Assembly: GCA_964645405.1 (NCBI GenBank)
Contig: CAZYCA010000044.1
Coordinates: 256,044 to 320,043, forward strand
Direction: 5' to 3'
Length of the DNA: 64,000 nucleotides
Source of the DNA: an uncultured bacterium
GTDB lineage: Bacteria; Ratteibacteria; UBA8468; B48-G9; DSTR01
Of the stretch, positions 54,920 through 63,871 are shown piece after piece (position 1 is the first letter of the stretch; each line of letters starts with the position of its first letter). Both the position numbers and the translations under genes were made by a program. The notes under the pieces were generated by a model, which searched no databases, was not told where the DNA came from, and was given only the letters and a program-made list of their open reading frames with translations.

Positions 54920-56194
54920 TCACCATTTTCTTTCCTGGTTTTCACCTGGCCGCCTGTTTTTTCTCCGCAGTTTTGCCCAGAGCATCTCCCACCAGTGCCT
55001 GGAACCCGGTGTGGTGGTGCGCTGAGCTGCCAGAAGAAGCAAGCCAATGCCAGCAGAAAAGGCTGGTGCGGCAAGGCTTCTGTCAATCCCGGTGATTCTT
55101 CTGGGAACTCCTATTCTGGCTTGCATTCCCAAAATCTGCTCACTTAACTTCAGAAGACCTTTCAGTCTTGCAGATCCGCCTGTAATCACCACTCCGCCAG
55201 CAAGTCGTGGTAAAAGTATAGCAGGGGCTACAGTTTCCTTCACCAGCTTATCAAGAATATCCTGGGTGCGCTCGGTAACAATTCTGGAGACTTCTTCCAC
55301 AGTTATTTTCCTGGCTAACCGGCCTGCTGGGGTAAAAATGTCAAGTTCCTCGGAGAGAACTGGATTTCTTTCACCTGCCAGCATCTCGTAATTACAGTAA
55401 CCATGATTTTTCTTTAATTCTTCCGCATAGTTTAATGGAACGTGCAACAATAGACACAGGTCATTATCAATGTGCCCTCCTCCTACCCGAAAAGAGTTTG
55501 TAGCCAGGAGTGTATTTTCCTTATAGATAGCCACTTCTGTTGTTCCCTTTCCGATGTCAATAACCAGTGCCCCCAGCTTTTTCTCTTCATCGCTCAGTAC
55601 AGATTCAGCTGCTGCCCAGGCGTTAGGGAAGACATGTTCTACCTCAATGCCAATCTTTTTTAAACACTGCATTATATCCTGGATAGGATTTGCCGCTCCG
55701 GTAATGACATGGACTCTTGCTTCCAGTGTATGGGCATGAAGCCCGAGCGGTGCCTTCCTCGTTGGACTCTGGCAGTCGACAATGTACTCCTGCGGAAGAA
55801 GATGAAGAATTTTTCTTTCTGTGTTGCCGGATGTAGCAATTTCGGTTTTAATAGCCTGCTCCAGTTCCTCAATATCCGAGGCTGTAATCTCACGTCCGTG
55901 TGGTTCTATCTTTATTTTCTTCTGGTGCAGACAACCCTGTACGTGTCCCCCACCAACCCCGATTACCACCCACTTTATTCTCTCTTCCAGGGTTTGAGCC
56001 ATTCTTTCAAAAAGTTCATATAATTCGTTTGTCAGGCTGTCCATATCAACTACCCGACCATACTTTACAACTTCCTGAGAGGGATAGATAACTTCGCTGC
56101 CAATCACCTGTAAACCACTATCAGTAAGCAATCCACTGACCGCAAAAATTTTATGGCTGCCGATGTCCAGAGCAGTGATTATCTGTTCATTCAT
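54920..56194 (-). CDS. ftsA: cell division protein FtsA
   Basis: 424 aa with an actin-like fold (ALDIGSHKI, VIDIGKGTTEVA, VITGGSARL). The C-terminus carries the amphipathic helix WWEMLWAKLRRK. Confidence 0.95.
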   Translation of the reverse strand: MNEQIITALDIGSHKIFAVSGLLTDSGLQVIGSEVIYPSQEVVKYGRVVDMDSLTNELYELFERMAQTLEERIKWVVIGVGGGHVQGCLHQKKIKIEPHGREITASDIEELEQAIKTEIATSGNTERKILHLLPQEYIVDCQSPTRKAPLGLHAHTLEARVHVITGAANPIQDIMQCLKKIGIEVEHVFPNAWAAAESVLSDEEKKLGALVIDIGKGTTEVAIYKENTLLATNSFRVGGGHIDNDLCLLLHVPLNYAEELKKNHGYCNYEMLAGERNPVLSEELDIFTPAGRLARKITVEEVSRIVTERTQDILDKLVKETVAPAILLPRLAGGVVITGGSARLKGLLKLSEQILGMQARIGVPRRITGIDRSLAAPAFSAGIGLLLLAAQRTTTPGSRHWWEMLWAKLRRKNRRPGENQERKW

Positions 56195-56978
56195 GGTTGA
56201 CTTTCAGGTAAGGGTCTTTAAAACGTAAGTCCACATACTGCCATTTTATATTCCTGCGAGCACATTCCTGGAGTACTGTCTTTAGCTGCTGAAATTTTTT
56301 TTCTATTTCTGTGTTACACAGGTAAATCTCTTTGCTTCCATCTGTAAGTACTATCCGATAAGCAGCACTCAAATCAATTTCCTGCCAGTCAAATAATTCC
56401 CTGAGACCGTAAAAATTGTACCACTGTTCTATTTTGTTTAAAAGTACCAGCTTAAAATTATCAGAAGAACTGACCCGGTTATCTGTTATGAGAATTCCTT
56501 TTACCAGGGGCAGGTTCAGCGCTTCAGCCTGACCCGGGACAACATAACCGGTTCTATCTATAAAGACCTCTGCCCCGGGTGAAGAAACTTTCATCCAGGC
56601 CTGGCGCAGCTGTAAGATTATATTCAGCCGGTGGGGCAGTACTTTTCTGATTCTTAAACTTTCTATCCCTGGCAGAGACAAAAGTTGTGTGCTCAGTTTC
56701 TTTAAATCAAGAAAAAGAATATTTCTCGTCGGCAGACATTTGATGATATTTTCTACATCTGGCTGATACCGGGCTGGGGTAACAGATATTTCGGTAATGA
56801 GGAAAAGATTACTGGCCGCCAGGTATTCCCGGATGGCTTTTCTCAGGAGAGACAGAGCGACAACCACCACAACAACAAAAAGTGTGGTAAGGATGATTTT
56901 TAACCGACGTAAACGGGCAGATTTTCTTTCCAGATAAAGCCTGTGGAGAGAACTATTTTTTGTTTCTTTTGTTTTCAT
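56187..56978 (-). CDS. ftsQ: cell division protein FtsQ (POTRA domain)
   Basis: The start is set to ATG 56978, which forms an ATGA overlap with the ddl stop. It has a basic N-terminus, one TM, a POTRA-like region, and the expected position between ddl and ftsA. Confidence 0.8.
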   Translation of the reverse strand: MKTKETKNSSLHRLYLERKSARLRRLKIILTTLFVVVVVVALSLLRKAIREYLAASNLFLITEISVTPARYQPDVENIIKCLPTRNILFLDLKKLSTQLLSLPGIESLRIRKVLPHRLNIILQLRQAWMKVSSPGAEVFIDRTGYVVPGQAEALNLPLVKGILITDNRVSSSDNFKLVLLNKIEQWYNFYGLRELFDWQEIDLSAAYRIVLTDGSKEIYLCNTEIEKKFQQLKTVLQECARRNIKWQYVDLRFKDPYLKVNHE

Positions 56979-57895
56979 TTTTGCTGTGCATGTCTTTCCA
57001 GGCATAAATCTACCAGCTTCTGGCAGAGGTCATCAAAGGCGATGCCAGCTGCCCGGGCTGCATCCGGGAAAAGGCTGGTCTGAGTGAAACCAGGAATTGT
57101 ATTAATATCCAGCACCCAGGGTTTTCCTTTACTGTCCACTATCAGGTCAACCCGTGCCAGATCGCAGCAGCCAAGAACATGGTAAGCCTGTATTGCCACA
57201 TCAGCTGCTTTCTTCTGTACATTTTCAGGTAACTGCGGTGGTATCTGATGGAGACTGGCACCAGGTGTGTATTTAGCCTGATAGTCATAAAACCCCTTCC
57301 GGGTCTTAATCTGAATTATTGGCAGAGCACCAGGTGGGTTATTCCCCAAGATGGCTATGGCAATTTCCACTCCGGGGATAAACTGTTCCAAGAAAACCTG
57401 GCGGTCATAGGAGAAGGCTTTTTTCACTGCTGCAGGAAGATGCTGTGGTTTCCGGACCACGGAAATGCCAATGGTGGAACCTAAACTGCTTGGTTTTACC
57501 ACGACAGGGAAAGCAAAATTTATTTTGCCCGGGATTTTCCCTTCCTGAAGACTGACAAAAGCCGGTGTAGGGAGTCCGTGGAAAAGTAAGATTTTCTTGG
57601 CCATAATTTTGTTGAGGCAGAGACTGGAAGCCAGGACTCCTGAGCCTGTATAAGGCAGTCCCAACGTTTCCAGAAATCCCTGGATGATACCTCCTTCACC
57701 ATGTCCCCCATGCAAAGCAAGGAAAACACAGTCGGGTTTCCAGGAAAGAATTTTCCTGACAAAAAAACGCGCCGCGGGGTCAAGCATAAAGACACTATTT
57801 CCCTTCCTTTTTAAAGCCGTGGCCACTGCTCGTGCAGATTTCAAAGAAACTTCCCTTTCTGGACTGTTACCCCCGCCTAAGACCGCTATTTTCAT
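56975..57895 (-). CDS. ddl: D-alanine--D-alanine ligase
   Basis: 306 aa. Motifs are MKIAVLGGGNSPEREVSL, LHGGHGEGG and an ATP-grasp C-terminus (LDINTIPGFT). Confidence 0.95.
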   Translation of the reverse strand: MKIAVLGGGNSPEREVSLKSARAVATALKRKGNSVFMLDPAARFFVRKILSWKPDCVFLALHGGHGEGGIIQGFLETLGLPYTGSGVLASSLCLNKIMAKKILLFHGLPTPAFVSLQEGKIPGKINFAFPVVVKPSSLGSTIGISVVRKPQHLPAAVKKAFSYDRQVFLEQFIPGVEIAIAILGNNPPGALPIIQIKTRKGFYDYQAKYTPGASLHQIPPQLPENVQKKAADVAIQAYHVLGCCDLARVDLIVDSKGKPWVLDINTIPGFTQTSLFPDAARAAGIAFDDLCQKLVDLCLERHAQQK

Positions 57896-58799
57896 TAAAT
57901 TCTCCCACGCAACGCACCTCTAATTCCAGAAAAATATTGAACTTTTTTGCGACTTTTTTCCGGACCAGCTGAATCAATGCCCAGATGTCAGAAGAACTGG
58001 CCTGCCCGGTATTAACAATTATATTACCATGTGCAGGGGAAATCTGGGCTCCACCGATGCGCACTTCTTTTAAACCACAACTTTCAATAAGCTGGCCAGC
58101 GAAAAACCCCTCTGGATTCTGGAAAACAGAACCGGCAGTTCTGAACGGAAGAGGAAGTTTTTTGCGTCTTTCTTTCATATAGGAAGAAATACGGTTATGA
58201 ATTTTTTCATATTCTTCCGGGATTAGCATGAATTCCGCAGAAAAGACAAAACTATTTTCCAGGCCGCTATTCCGATAGGAAAAAGCAATTTTTTCTTTCG
58301 GTAGAATAAATTGACCGGATTTATCAATTAAAGTGACAGAGGTAATTCTGGAGGATAACCACTGGTTCTTTAATCCAGCATTCATAACCACGGCTCCGCC
58401 CACTGTCCCGGGAATTCCGGCAAGAAATTCCAGTCCGCTTAATTTCTGTTGCAGACAGAATTTTAAAAGGGAAGCCAGACGAACACCTGCCTGGGCTTTG
58501 ACCTTTTCCCCTTCCCTGACTATCTTCTTCAGCTGGCTGGTACATATCACCAGACCAGGGAAACCTTTGTCACTCACCAGAATATTAGAGCCGGCACCAA
58601 GAAAAAAGACAGGCAGACCTTTGCTGGAAGCAAGAGTCAGAAGCGCTGATACTTCCCCGGCACTGACAGGTCTGACCAGAAAACGGGCATTTCCCCCGGT
58701 CCGGTAGGTGGTGAAGGGAGCCAGCGGGACATTTTCCTGGAAACGGCCAGGGGAAATTTTTCCCAGCCAGAAGGTAATATCTGGTGAGTGGCTATTCAT
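57867..58799 (-). CDS. murB: UDP-N-acetylmuramate dehydrogenase
   Basis: 310 aa. Motifs are TTYRTGGNARF, FLGAGSNILV, GIPGTVGGAVVMNAG, GSVFQNP and HGNIIVN. Confidence 0.95.
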   Translation of the reverse strand: MNSHSPDITFWLGKISPGRFQENVPLAPFTTYRTGGNARFLVRPVSAGEVSALLTLASSKGLPVFFLGAGSNILVSDKGFPGLVICTSQLKKIVREGEKVKAQAGVRLASLLKFCLQQKLSGLEFLAGIPGTVGGAVVMNAGLKNQWLSSRITSVTLIDKSGQFILPKEKIAFSYRNSGLENSFVFSAEFMLIPEEYEKIHNRISSYMKERRKKLPLPFRTAGSVFQNPEGFFAGQLIESCGLKEVRIGGAQISPAHGNIIVNTGQASSSDIWALIQLVRKKVAKKFNIFLELEVRCVGEFNENSGLRRG

Positions 58800-59583
58800 T
58801 TCTTTTCCGCTTAGGGTAGCAAACTTTTTTCAGATAAAGACCATCTGCTGGTGCTGGTGGGGGAGCCAGTCTCCTATCCTTGGCTGCAATTATGCGACTC
58901 ACTTGCGCCAGGGACAGCCGGCCCCGACCTGCTTCTACTAAAAGTCCCACCATGTTTCTTGCCATTCTGTAAAGAAATCCTGTAGCCTCAATCTCCACAG
59001 AAATTATCTTCACCGAGGGGTCAAGTGTAAAGTGGGTTCTGTGGATAGAAATAGATTTCACAGTACGCACCGCGTTTCTGATGCAGCTGCCTGAACTTTG
59101 AAAGGAGCTGAAGTCTTTTTCTCCAAGGAGAAGACTGGATGCATCTTTCATTTTTTTCACATCAACAGGATCCCGGACTACCCAGGCAGTGTTTTCCAGA
59201 AAAGGAGAGAAACGGTCAGCAATTAGATAGCGATAAACTTTGGAAGAGGCATGGTAGCGACTGTGGAAGACAGCAGGTGCTTTTTCCACCCTGGTAACAC
59301 GAATGCCATCCGGCAAATGAGCGTTGAGTGCCTCTTTGATACGGGCTGCCGGCAGCTTTTTCTCAGTTAGAAAATTGGCAACATAGTCTAAAGCATGGAC
59401 ACCAGCATCAGTCCTTCCTGAACCGCAGAGACGAACCGGTCCCAGCCCGCAGGCAGAGATGGCTTTCTCCAGGGCATCCTGGATGGTGGGTAAATTCTTC
59501 TGGCTCTGCCACCCATAAAAACAGGTTCCTTTGTAGGAAAGGTGTAAAACCACATTTGTTCTCACAATGATTTTGGCAACCAT
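58792..59583 (-). CDS. truA: tRNA pseudouridine(38-40) synthase TruA
   Basis: The start is set to ATG 59583. Motifs are LSYKGTCFYGWQSQ, the catalytic-Asp motif GSGRTDAGVHA, and FLYRMARNMVG. Confidence 0.9.
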   Translation of the reverse strand: MVAKIIVRTNVVLHLSYKGTCFYGWQSQKNLPTIQDALEKAISACGLGPVRLCGSGRTDAGVHALDYVANFLTEKKLPAARIKEALNAHLPDGIRVTRVEKAPAVFHSRYHASSKVYRYLIADRFSPFLENTAWVVRDPVDVKKMKDASSLLLGEKDFSSFQSSGSCIRNAVRTVKSISIHRTHFTLDPSVKIISVEIEATGFLYRMARNMVGLLVEAGRGRLSLAQVSRIIAAKDRRLAPPPAPADGLYLKKVCYPKRKRNE

Positions 59584-59597
59584 GGCAAAGATAAGGC

Positions 59598-60407
59598 TTA
59601 AGCCAGAAGCTGAGAAACCTCTGAGGCTACAAAAATTACTTTTCTGGGACACTCTGTTACGCAACGTCCACAGTTATCACAAATATGCGGGTCAATGATA
59701 GCTAAATTATCTTTTAAAACAATAGCGTTCTTTGGACAGACCTTCACGCAGCGTCCGCACCCGATACAGCCTATGCGGCATATTTTCATAACAGTAGGAC
59801 CTTTCTCTTTACAGGAACAGGCCACGTACACTTTTTTCTCCAGAGGGACCAGCCCGATAATATTTTGGGGGCAGGTATCCACACAGCGGCCACACCCAAC
59901 ACATTTATCCTCATCTATTTCTGGCAGAAACTGGTTCATCCTGATTGCTCCAAAAGGGCAGGACCGGGCACAACTACCCAGTCCCAGACAGCCCCAGCTA
60001 CAGGCAACATTGGTATCAAAAAGAGATTTAAGGGCACGACAATCCTTCAGGGTTGTTATTTGAAATCTCTTTACGGCATTTGTTCCGCCGGAACAAAAAA
60101 CTCTGGCGACCTGGCGTGCCTGGCTTGTTTCCGCAAGTCCCAGTATTCTACAGATTTGTTGTCTGTTCTCCGGGGAAACAGCCACGCATTTTACCGGGGA
60201 AATTTTTCCTGCGGCTAACTGCTCTGCAAAACCAGAGCAACCGGCTGCTCCGCAGGCACCACAGTTGGCTTTTGGAAGAAGAGATAAAAGGGTACCCACC
60301 AGAGGATTTTCCTCAACCCGAAATTTGACGAAAAAGTATGTGAGGAAAATACCAAAGAAAAGGCCCAATCCTCCCAGGACTATTACCGCGTAAATCTGGT
60401 TGTCCAT
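59598..60407 (-). CDS. RnfB-like membrane-anchored polyferredoxin
   Basis: The start is set to ATG 60407, giving the TM anchor MDNQIYAVIVLGGLGLFFGIFL. It has an RnfB-type Fe-S domain (CGACGAAGCSGFAE) and then several CxxCxxCxxxCP ferredoxin motifs. No other rnf genes are present in the window. Confidence 0.8.
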   Translation of the reverse strand: MDNQIYAVIVLGGLGLFFGIFLTYFFVKFRVEENPLVGTLLSLLPKANCGACGAAGCSGFAEQLAAGKISPVKCVAVSPENRQQICRILGLAETSQARQVARVFCSGGTNAVKRFQITTLKDCRALKSLFDTNVACSWGCLGLGSCARSCPFGAIRMNQFLPEIDEDKCVGCGRCVDTCPQNIIGLVPLEKKVYVACSCKEKGPTVMKICRIGCIGCGRCVKVCPKNAIVLKDNLAIIDPHICDNCGRCVTECPRKVIFVASEVSQLLA

Positions 60408-60413
60408 AATTTC

Positions 60414-60442
60414 AGTATACACCAAAAAGGAAATGCTGTATA
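60414..60442 (-). promoter_or_regulatory. candidate leaderless promoter of the rnfB-like operon (TATACA-17-TATACT)
   Basis: On the minus strand, TATACA (60442-60437) is followed by 17 nt and TATACT (60419-60414). The -10 box ends 6 nt before ATG 60407. Confidence 0.45.
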
Positions 60443-60444
60443 AT
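60416..60444 (+). promoter_or_regulatory. candidate near-leaderless promoter of the second UroD-like gene (TATACA-17-TATAAT)
   Basis: TATACA lies at 60416-60421 and TATAAT at 60439-60444. The -10 box ends 9 nt before ATG 60454. Confidence 0.45.
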
Positions 60445-60453
60445 GTATCTGTT

Positions 60454-61425
60454 ATGTCAGGAGAAAATTTATCCACGCCGAGAGAACGATTTATTGCTGC
60501 TCTGGAAAGAAAGAAATTAAGCGGGCTGGTACCGCACTTTGAACTGGTTTTTTACCTTACCATGGAAGCCTTCCGCAGGGTTCATCCCGGCCACCGAAGT
60601 TATCATCAGTGGGACCAGATGAGCGAAACAGAAAGAAATTTACACCGTCTTGACCAGGTGGAGATATACCTTATGACAGCGGAAGAATTTTCTCACAGTG
60701 CCATCTTTCTTCATCCTAACCCGGGTACTCTGGAAGAGACTATTCGTCTGATTGACCTTATCCGGGAGAAGAGTGGAAATCGTTTCTTTTTGATGTTACA
60801 TGGAGACGCGACGATGGGAATACCCGGGGGACAACAGATGATGGAGTTGTGTCAAAAACTGGCTGATGAACCGGAGAAGGTGAAACAGGAAGCACTCTGG
60901 AAAGTGGAAGAAGCACTGAAACGAGCAGAGCAATTGAAGAAAAGGACATCTTTAGACGGTTTTGCCCTCTGTGCGGACTACTGTCTTAACTCCGGTCCCT
61001 TTTTAAGTCCCAGCATGTTCAGTGAGTTTGTCGCCCCCTACCTGACAAAATTGATAGAAGGATACCGGCAGATGAATTTTTATACAATCAAGCATACTGA
61101 TGGCAATATCATGCCGATTTTAGACCAGCTGGTACAGGCTAATCCTCATGCGCTTCACTCTCTTGACCCTCAGGCCGGGGTGGATATTGCTGAAGTGAAA
61201 AAAAGGGTAGGAAACAGGGTTTGTCTCATCGGTAATGTTAACTGTGGACTCTTACAGACAGGAACCGAGCAGCAGGTTGTAGATTCTGTTCGGTACGCCT
61301 TGAGGCATGGAATGCCAGGATACGGATACATCTTTTCCACCTCCAATTGCATTTATACAGGACTTCCTCTTTCCCGGTATTTGCTGATGTTAAAAATCTG
61401 GCGGCAGGAAGGTCTCTATGACTGA
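60454..61425 (+). CDS. uroporphyrinogen decarboxylase (URO-D/MtaA-like) family protein, second paralog
   Basis: The start is set to ATG 60454 (MSGENLSTPRERFIAALERKKL). It has a URO-D-type barrel (HGDATMG, IKHTDGNIMPILD, LIGNVNC). The track start 60400 would lie inside the divergent gene. Confidence 0.75.
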   Translation: MSGENLSTPRERFIAALERKKLSGLVPHFELVFYLTMEAFRRVHPGHRSYHQWDQMSETERNLHRLDQVEIYLMTAEEFSHSAIFLHPNPGTLEETIRLIDLIREKSGNRFFLMLHGDATMGIPGGQQMMELCQKLADEPEKVKQEALWKVEEALKRAEQLKKRTSLDGFALCADYCLNSGPFLSPSMFSEFVAPYLTKLIEGYRQMNFYTIKHTDGNIMPILDQLVQANPHALHSLDPQAGVDIAEVKKRVGNRVCLIGNVNCGLLQTGTEQQVVDSVRYALRHGMPGYGYIFSTSNCIYTGLPLSRYLLMLKIWRQEGLYD

Positions 61426-62197
61426 ACAAAAGGTGAAACTTTCAGCTGCGACGCTTAATCTGTTGAAGGAATGTCCCCGGTGTTTTTATCTATCCTTGAA
61501 GAAAAACTTAAGGCGGCCAGCAGGCCCGATGCCTTCCATTGCCACCGGGTTAGATTCTCTTGTGACCAGGTATTTTCATTATTACCGGCAGAAAGGTGAG
61601 GTTCCACCAATGATCAGAGAAAAGGTTGCCGGTCATTTAGCCAGCGAAGAATTTTTTGACCTGCAGAAGGGTATCAAGGCGAAATGGTTGATTTACGAAG
61701 ATAAACAGTTTCCTTTTGTTTTGATAGGTAAACTTGACGACTGTATAGTGGAGAAAGATGGTTACTCACCTCTGGATTATAAAACCCGAGCTTCCTTGCC
61801 CCGGGAAATTCATCAGTCTTTTCAATTGCAGATGGACATCTATACCTTTCTATTAAGCGGGAACAAGGGGAGAAAATTTCCTGTAACCGGACGTGCCTAC
61901 CTGTTATATTTTTTCCCGGTGGAGGCAACCGATGTTATAGAACCGGAAAACAGGGAAAAAATTCTTCTACCTTTTCAGGTGGAACTAAAAACGCTGGAAA
62001 CTAAACCGGAATCAATACCGCCTTTGCTCCACCAAGCAGCAGAAATCCTGAAAGGAGAACAGCCACCAGCATCCAGTCAGTGTGAGTACTGCCGCTGGGC
62101 GGCAGAATGGAGTAAAGATGCTTGCCCGGATGCTCTGTCAGGAAAAGTGGAAATTCAGCAAGAGGAAGAACAGCACGATAGAGAAACCCTTTTCTGA
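61418..62197 (+). CDS. PD-(D/E)XK nuclease of the Cas4/RecB family (solo, no CRISPR context)
   Basis: 259 aa. It has N-terminal CPRCFYL, the motifs GKLDD and LDYKT (D..D/ExK), QMDIY (QxxxY), and the C-terminal Cys cluster QCEYCRW...DAC. Confidence 0.7.
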   Translation: MTEQKVKLSAATLNLLKECPRCFYLSLKKNLRRPAGPMPSIATGLDSLVTRYFHYYRQKGEVPPMIREKVAGHLASEEFFDLQKGIKAKWLIYEDKQFPFVLIGKLDDCIVEKDGYSPLDYKTRASLPREIHQSFQLQMDIYTFLLSGNKGRKFPVTGRAYLLYFFPVEATDVIEPENREKILLPFQVELKTLETKPESIPPLLHQAAEILKGEQPPASSQCEYCRWAAEWSKDACPDALSGKVEIQQEEEQHDRETLF

Positions 62198-62200
62198 AAA

Positions 62201-62302
62201 TTATTTTTTCTCCCGCCGCAGTGTTAAGTACAAACACCAGCCAAAGAAGATGAAAATTAAACTCCAGAGTGTACCCAGAAAGACCCAACCAGAAGTTTTC
62301 AT
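62201..62302 (-). CDS. 33-aa single-TM micro-protein, candidate MetS-like small subunit of the NSS transporter
   Basis: Below the ORF-track size cutoff. Its ATG directly abuts the transporter stop (TAGATG). The sequence is MKTSGWVFLGTLWSLIFIFFGWCLYLTLRREKK, one hydrophobic helix with a basic tail. Confidence 0.55.
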   Translation of the reverse strand: MKTSGWVFLGTLWSLIFIFFGWCLYLTLRREKK

Positions 62303-63871
62303 CTAATTTCCTCTTTTTTGTTTCCAGGCTTGCCGAATCAAAAGTCCTAAACCAGCAAGAAGAAGTAATAACATTATTCTGGTAAGTACAAGGTAAGGGA
62401 CATTTTCCGGAGCCACTCCTTTAAGCAGTAAGACAGAAGCAGCCTGCTGACTGAGCCAGGAGATAAGGATAACGATTAGGAAACAGGGAGTTACGTATTT
62501 GATAACAGGCCGGTAAATCCGAGGTAGTCTTATCCGGGCACCGGCATGCATTTCCTCCCAGGCTTTATCCATGCCCAGAACCCAGCCGAAAAGAATGGCT
62601 TCTGTAGTGGCAAAAACAACCAGACTGAAAGTTCCACCCCAGAAATCAAGTTCATCCAAAACCCCTCTGGACAAGTAAAGAATGGGAAAATGGCAAAGGA
62701 TAAAGCAGACAAGACCAAAGAGAATCACTGCCCGCTGGCGCGGGAGATGGACTTCATCTTCCAGAAAAGATACCGCTGGTTGCACCAAAGATATAGAAGA
62801 AGTCAGTCCAGCCAGGAAAAGAAGGGCAAACCAGAGAAAACCGAAAAATTGGCCCAGAGGAAGTGGTGTCAGTACCAGGGGCATGGTAACGAAAGCTAAA
62901 TCGAAAGCCCCGCCTTTAGCAATCTCCTGGATACCGATCGGTCCAAAAAATACGAAAGCCGCCGGGATAGCGATACTGCTGCCTAATATCACTTCTGCAA
63001 ACTCATTAGAGGCAGCTGCCGTCAGGCCAGAAAGAAGAATGTCACTATCTCTTGTAAGGTAACTGGCATAGGTAAGGATAACACCGATGCCTACACTCAG
63101 GGTAAAAAAAATCTGACCTGCAGCAGCCAGCCATACACGGGTATCCTTCAGAGCAGAAAAATCCGGGTTCCATAAGAAAGCCAATCCCTGTACTGGCGTC
63201 CATGTCTGGTTGACTACTGGTTGCAGAGTTAAAACTCTAATCATCATGGCTATCCCCAGCAGTAGCAGAAGCGGCACAGCCCAGAGACAGACCTTTTCAA
63301 TGCCTTTACTTACTCCCCGGTAGATAATGCACAGGTTGGTAAAGAAAGTTACCAGAAAGAAGAAGTAAGCCGGTCCTAAACTGGAAAAAAACTGGTTTTT
63401 CTCCAGTCCCTGATATCCGCGCAAAAAAGAAGCCATTGATTGCTGGTCAGGACAGGCATGGTAGGTTCCCAAAAGAGAAAAAATACTGTAGCCCAGGAGC
63501 CAGGATTCAATATAGATGTAATAAAGGAAGATTACTACCGGTCCGAAAACACCTAAAAGACCAATATACTTCAGGCAGTTATTCTTACTGTTAATGGACT
63601 GGAAGATTCCCGGGGCACTGCCATGACCATATCTTCCACCCCTGCGTCCCAGTGTCCACTCAATCCACATCAGTGGTATTCCCATTAACACCAGACTTAT
63701 GAGGTAGGGAATGAGAAAGGTGCCTCCCCCATTCCTCACTGCCTGAACGGGAAAACGTAAGAAATTTCCTAACCCGATGGCACTGCCGGCTACTGCCAGC
63801 ACAACTCCTAATTTACTGCTCCATTTTTCTCTGGCCATCTCCGGGGCATTCAGATATTTTTTCTCAGCCAC
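62303..63871 (-). CDS. sodium-dependent transporter, NSS (SNF) family
   Basis: 522 aa with about 11-12 TM segments. It has the N-terminal signature REKWSSKLGVVLAVAGSAIGLGNFLRFP. The start is either GTG 63871 or ATG 63838. Confidence 0.9.
   Translation of the reverse strand: MAEKKYLNAPEMAREKWSSKLGVVLAVAGSAIGLGNFLRFPVQAVRNGGGTFLIPYLISLVLMGIPLMWIEWTLGRRGGRYGHGSAPGIFQSINSKNNCLKYIGLLGVFGPVVIFLYYIYIESWLLGYSIFSLLGTYHACPDQQSMASFLRGYQGLEKNQFFSSLGPAYFFFLVTFFTNLCIIYRGVSKGIEKVCLWAVPLLLLLGIAMMIRVLTLQPVVNQTWTPVQGLAFLWNPDFSALKDTRVWLAAAGQIFFTLSVGIGVILTYASYLTRDSDILLSGLTAAASNEFAEVILGSSIAIPAAFVFFGPIGIQEIAKGGAFDLAFVTMPLVLTPLPLGQFFGFLWFALLFLAGLTSSISLVQPAVSFLEDEVHLPRQRAVILFGLVCFILCHFPILYLSRGVLDELDFWGGTFSLVVFATTEAILFGWVLGMDKAWEEMHAGARIRLPRIYRPVIKYVTPCFLIVILISWLSQQAASVLLLKGVAPENVPYLVLTRIMLLLLLAGLGLLIRQAWKQKRGN

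Noticed and set aside
54898-55086. N-terminal extension of FtsZ overlapping ftsA
   Set aside because: It is an out-of-frame overlap with the conserved FtsA C-terminus. ATG 54897, downstream of the ftsA stop, gives a normal FtsZ N-terminus.
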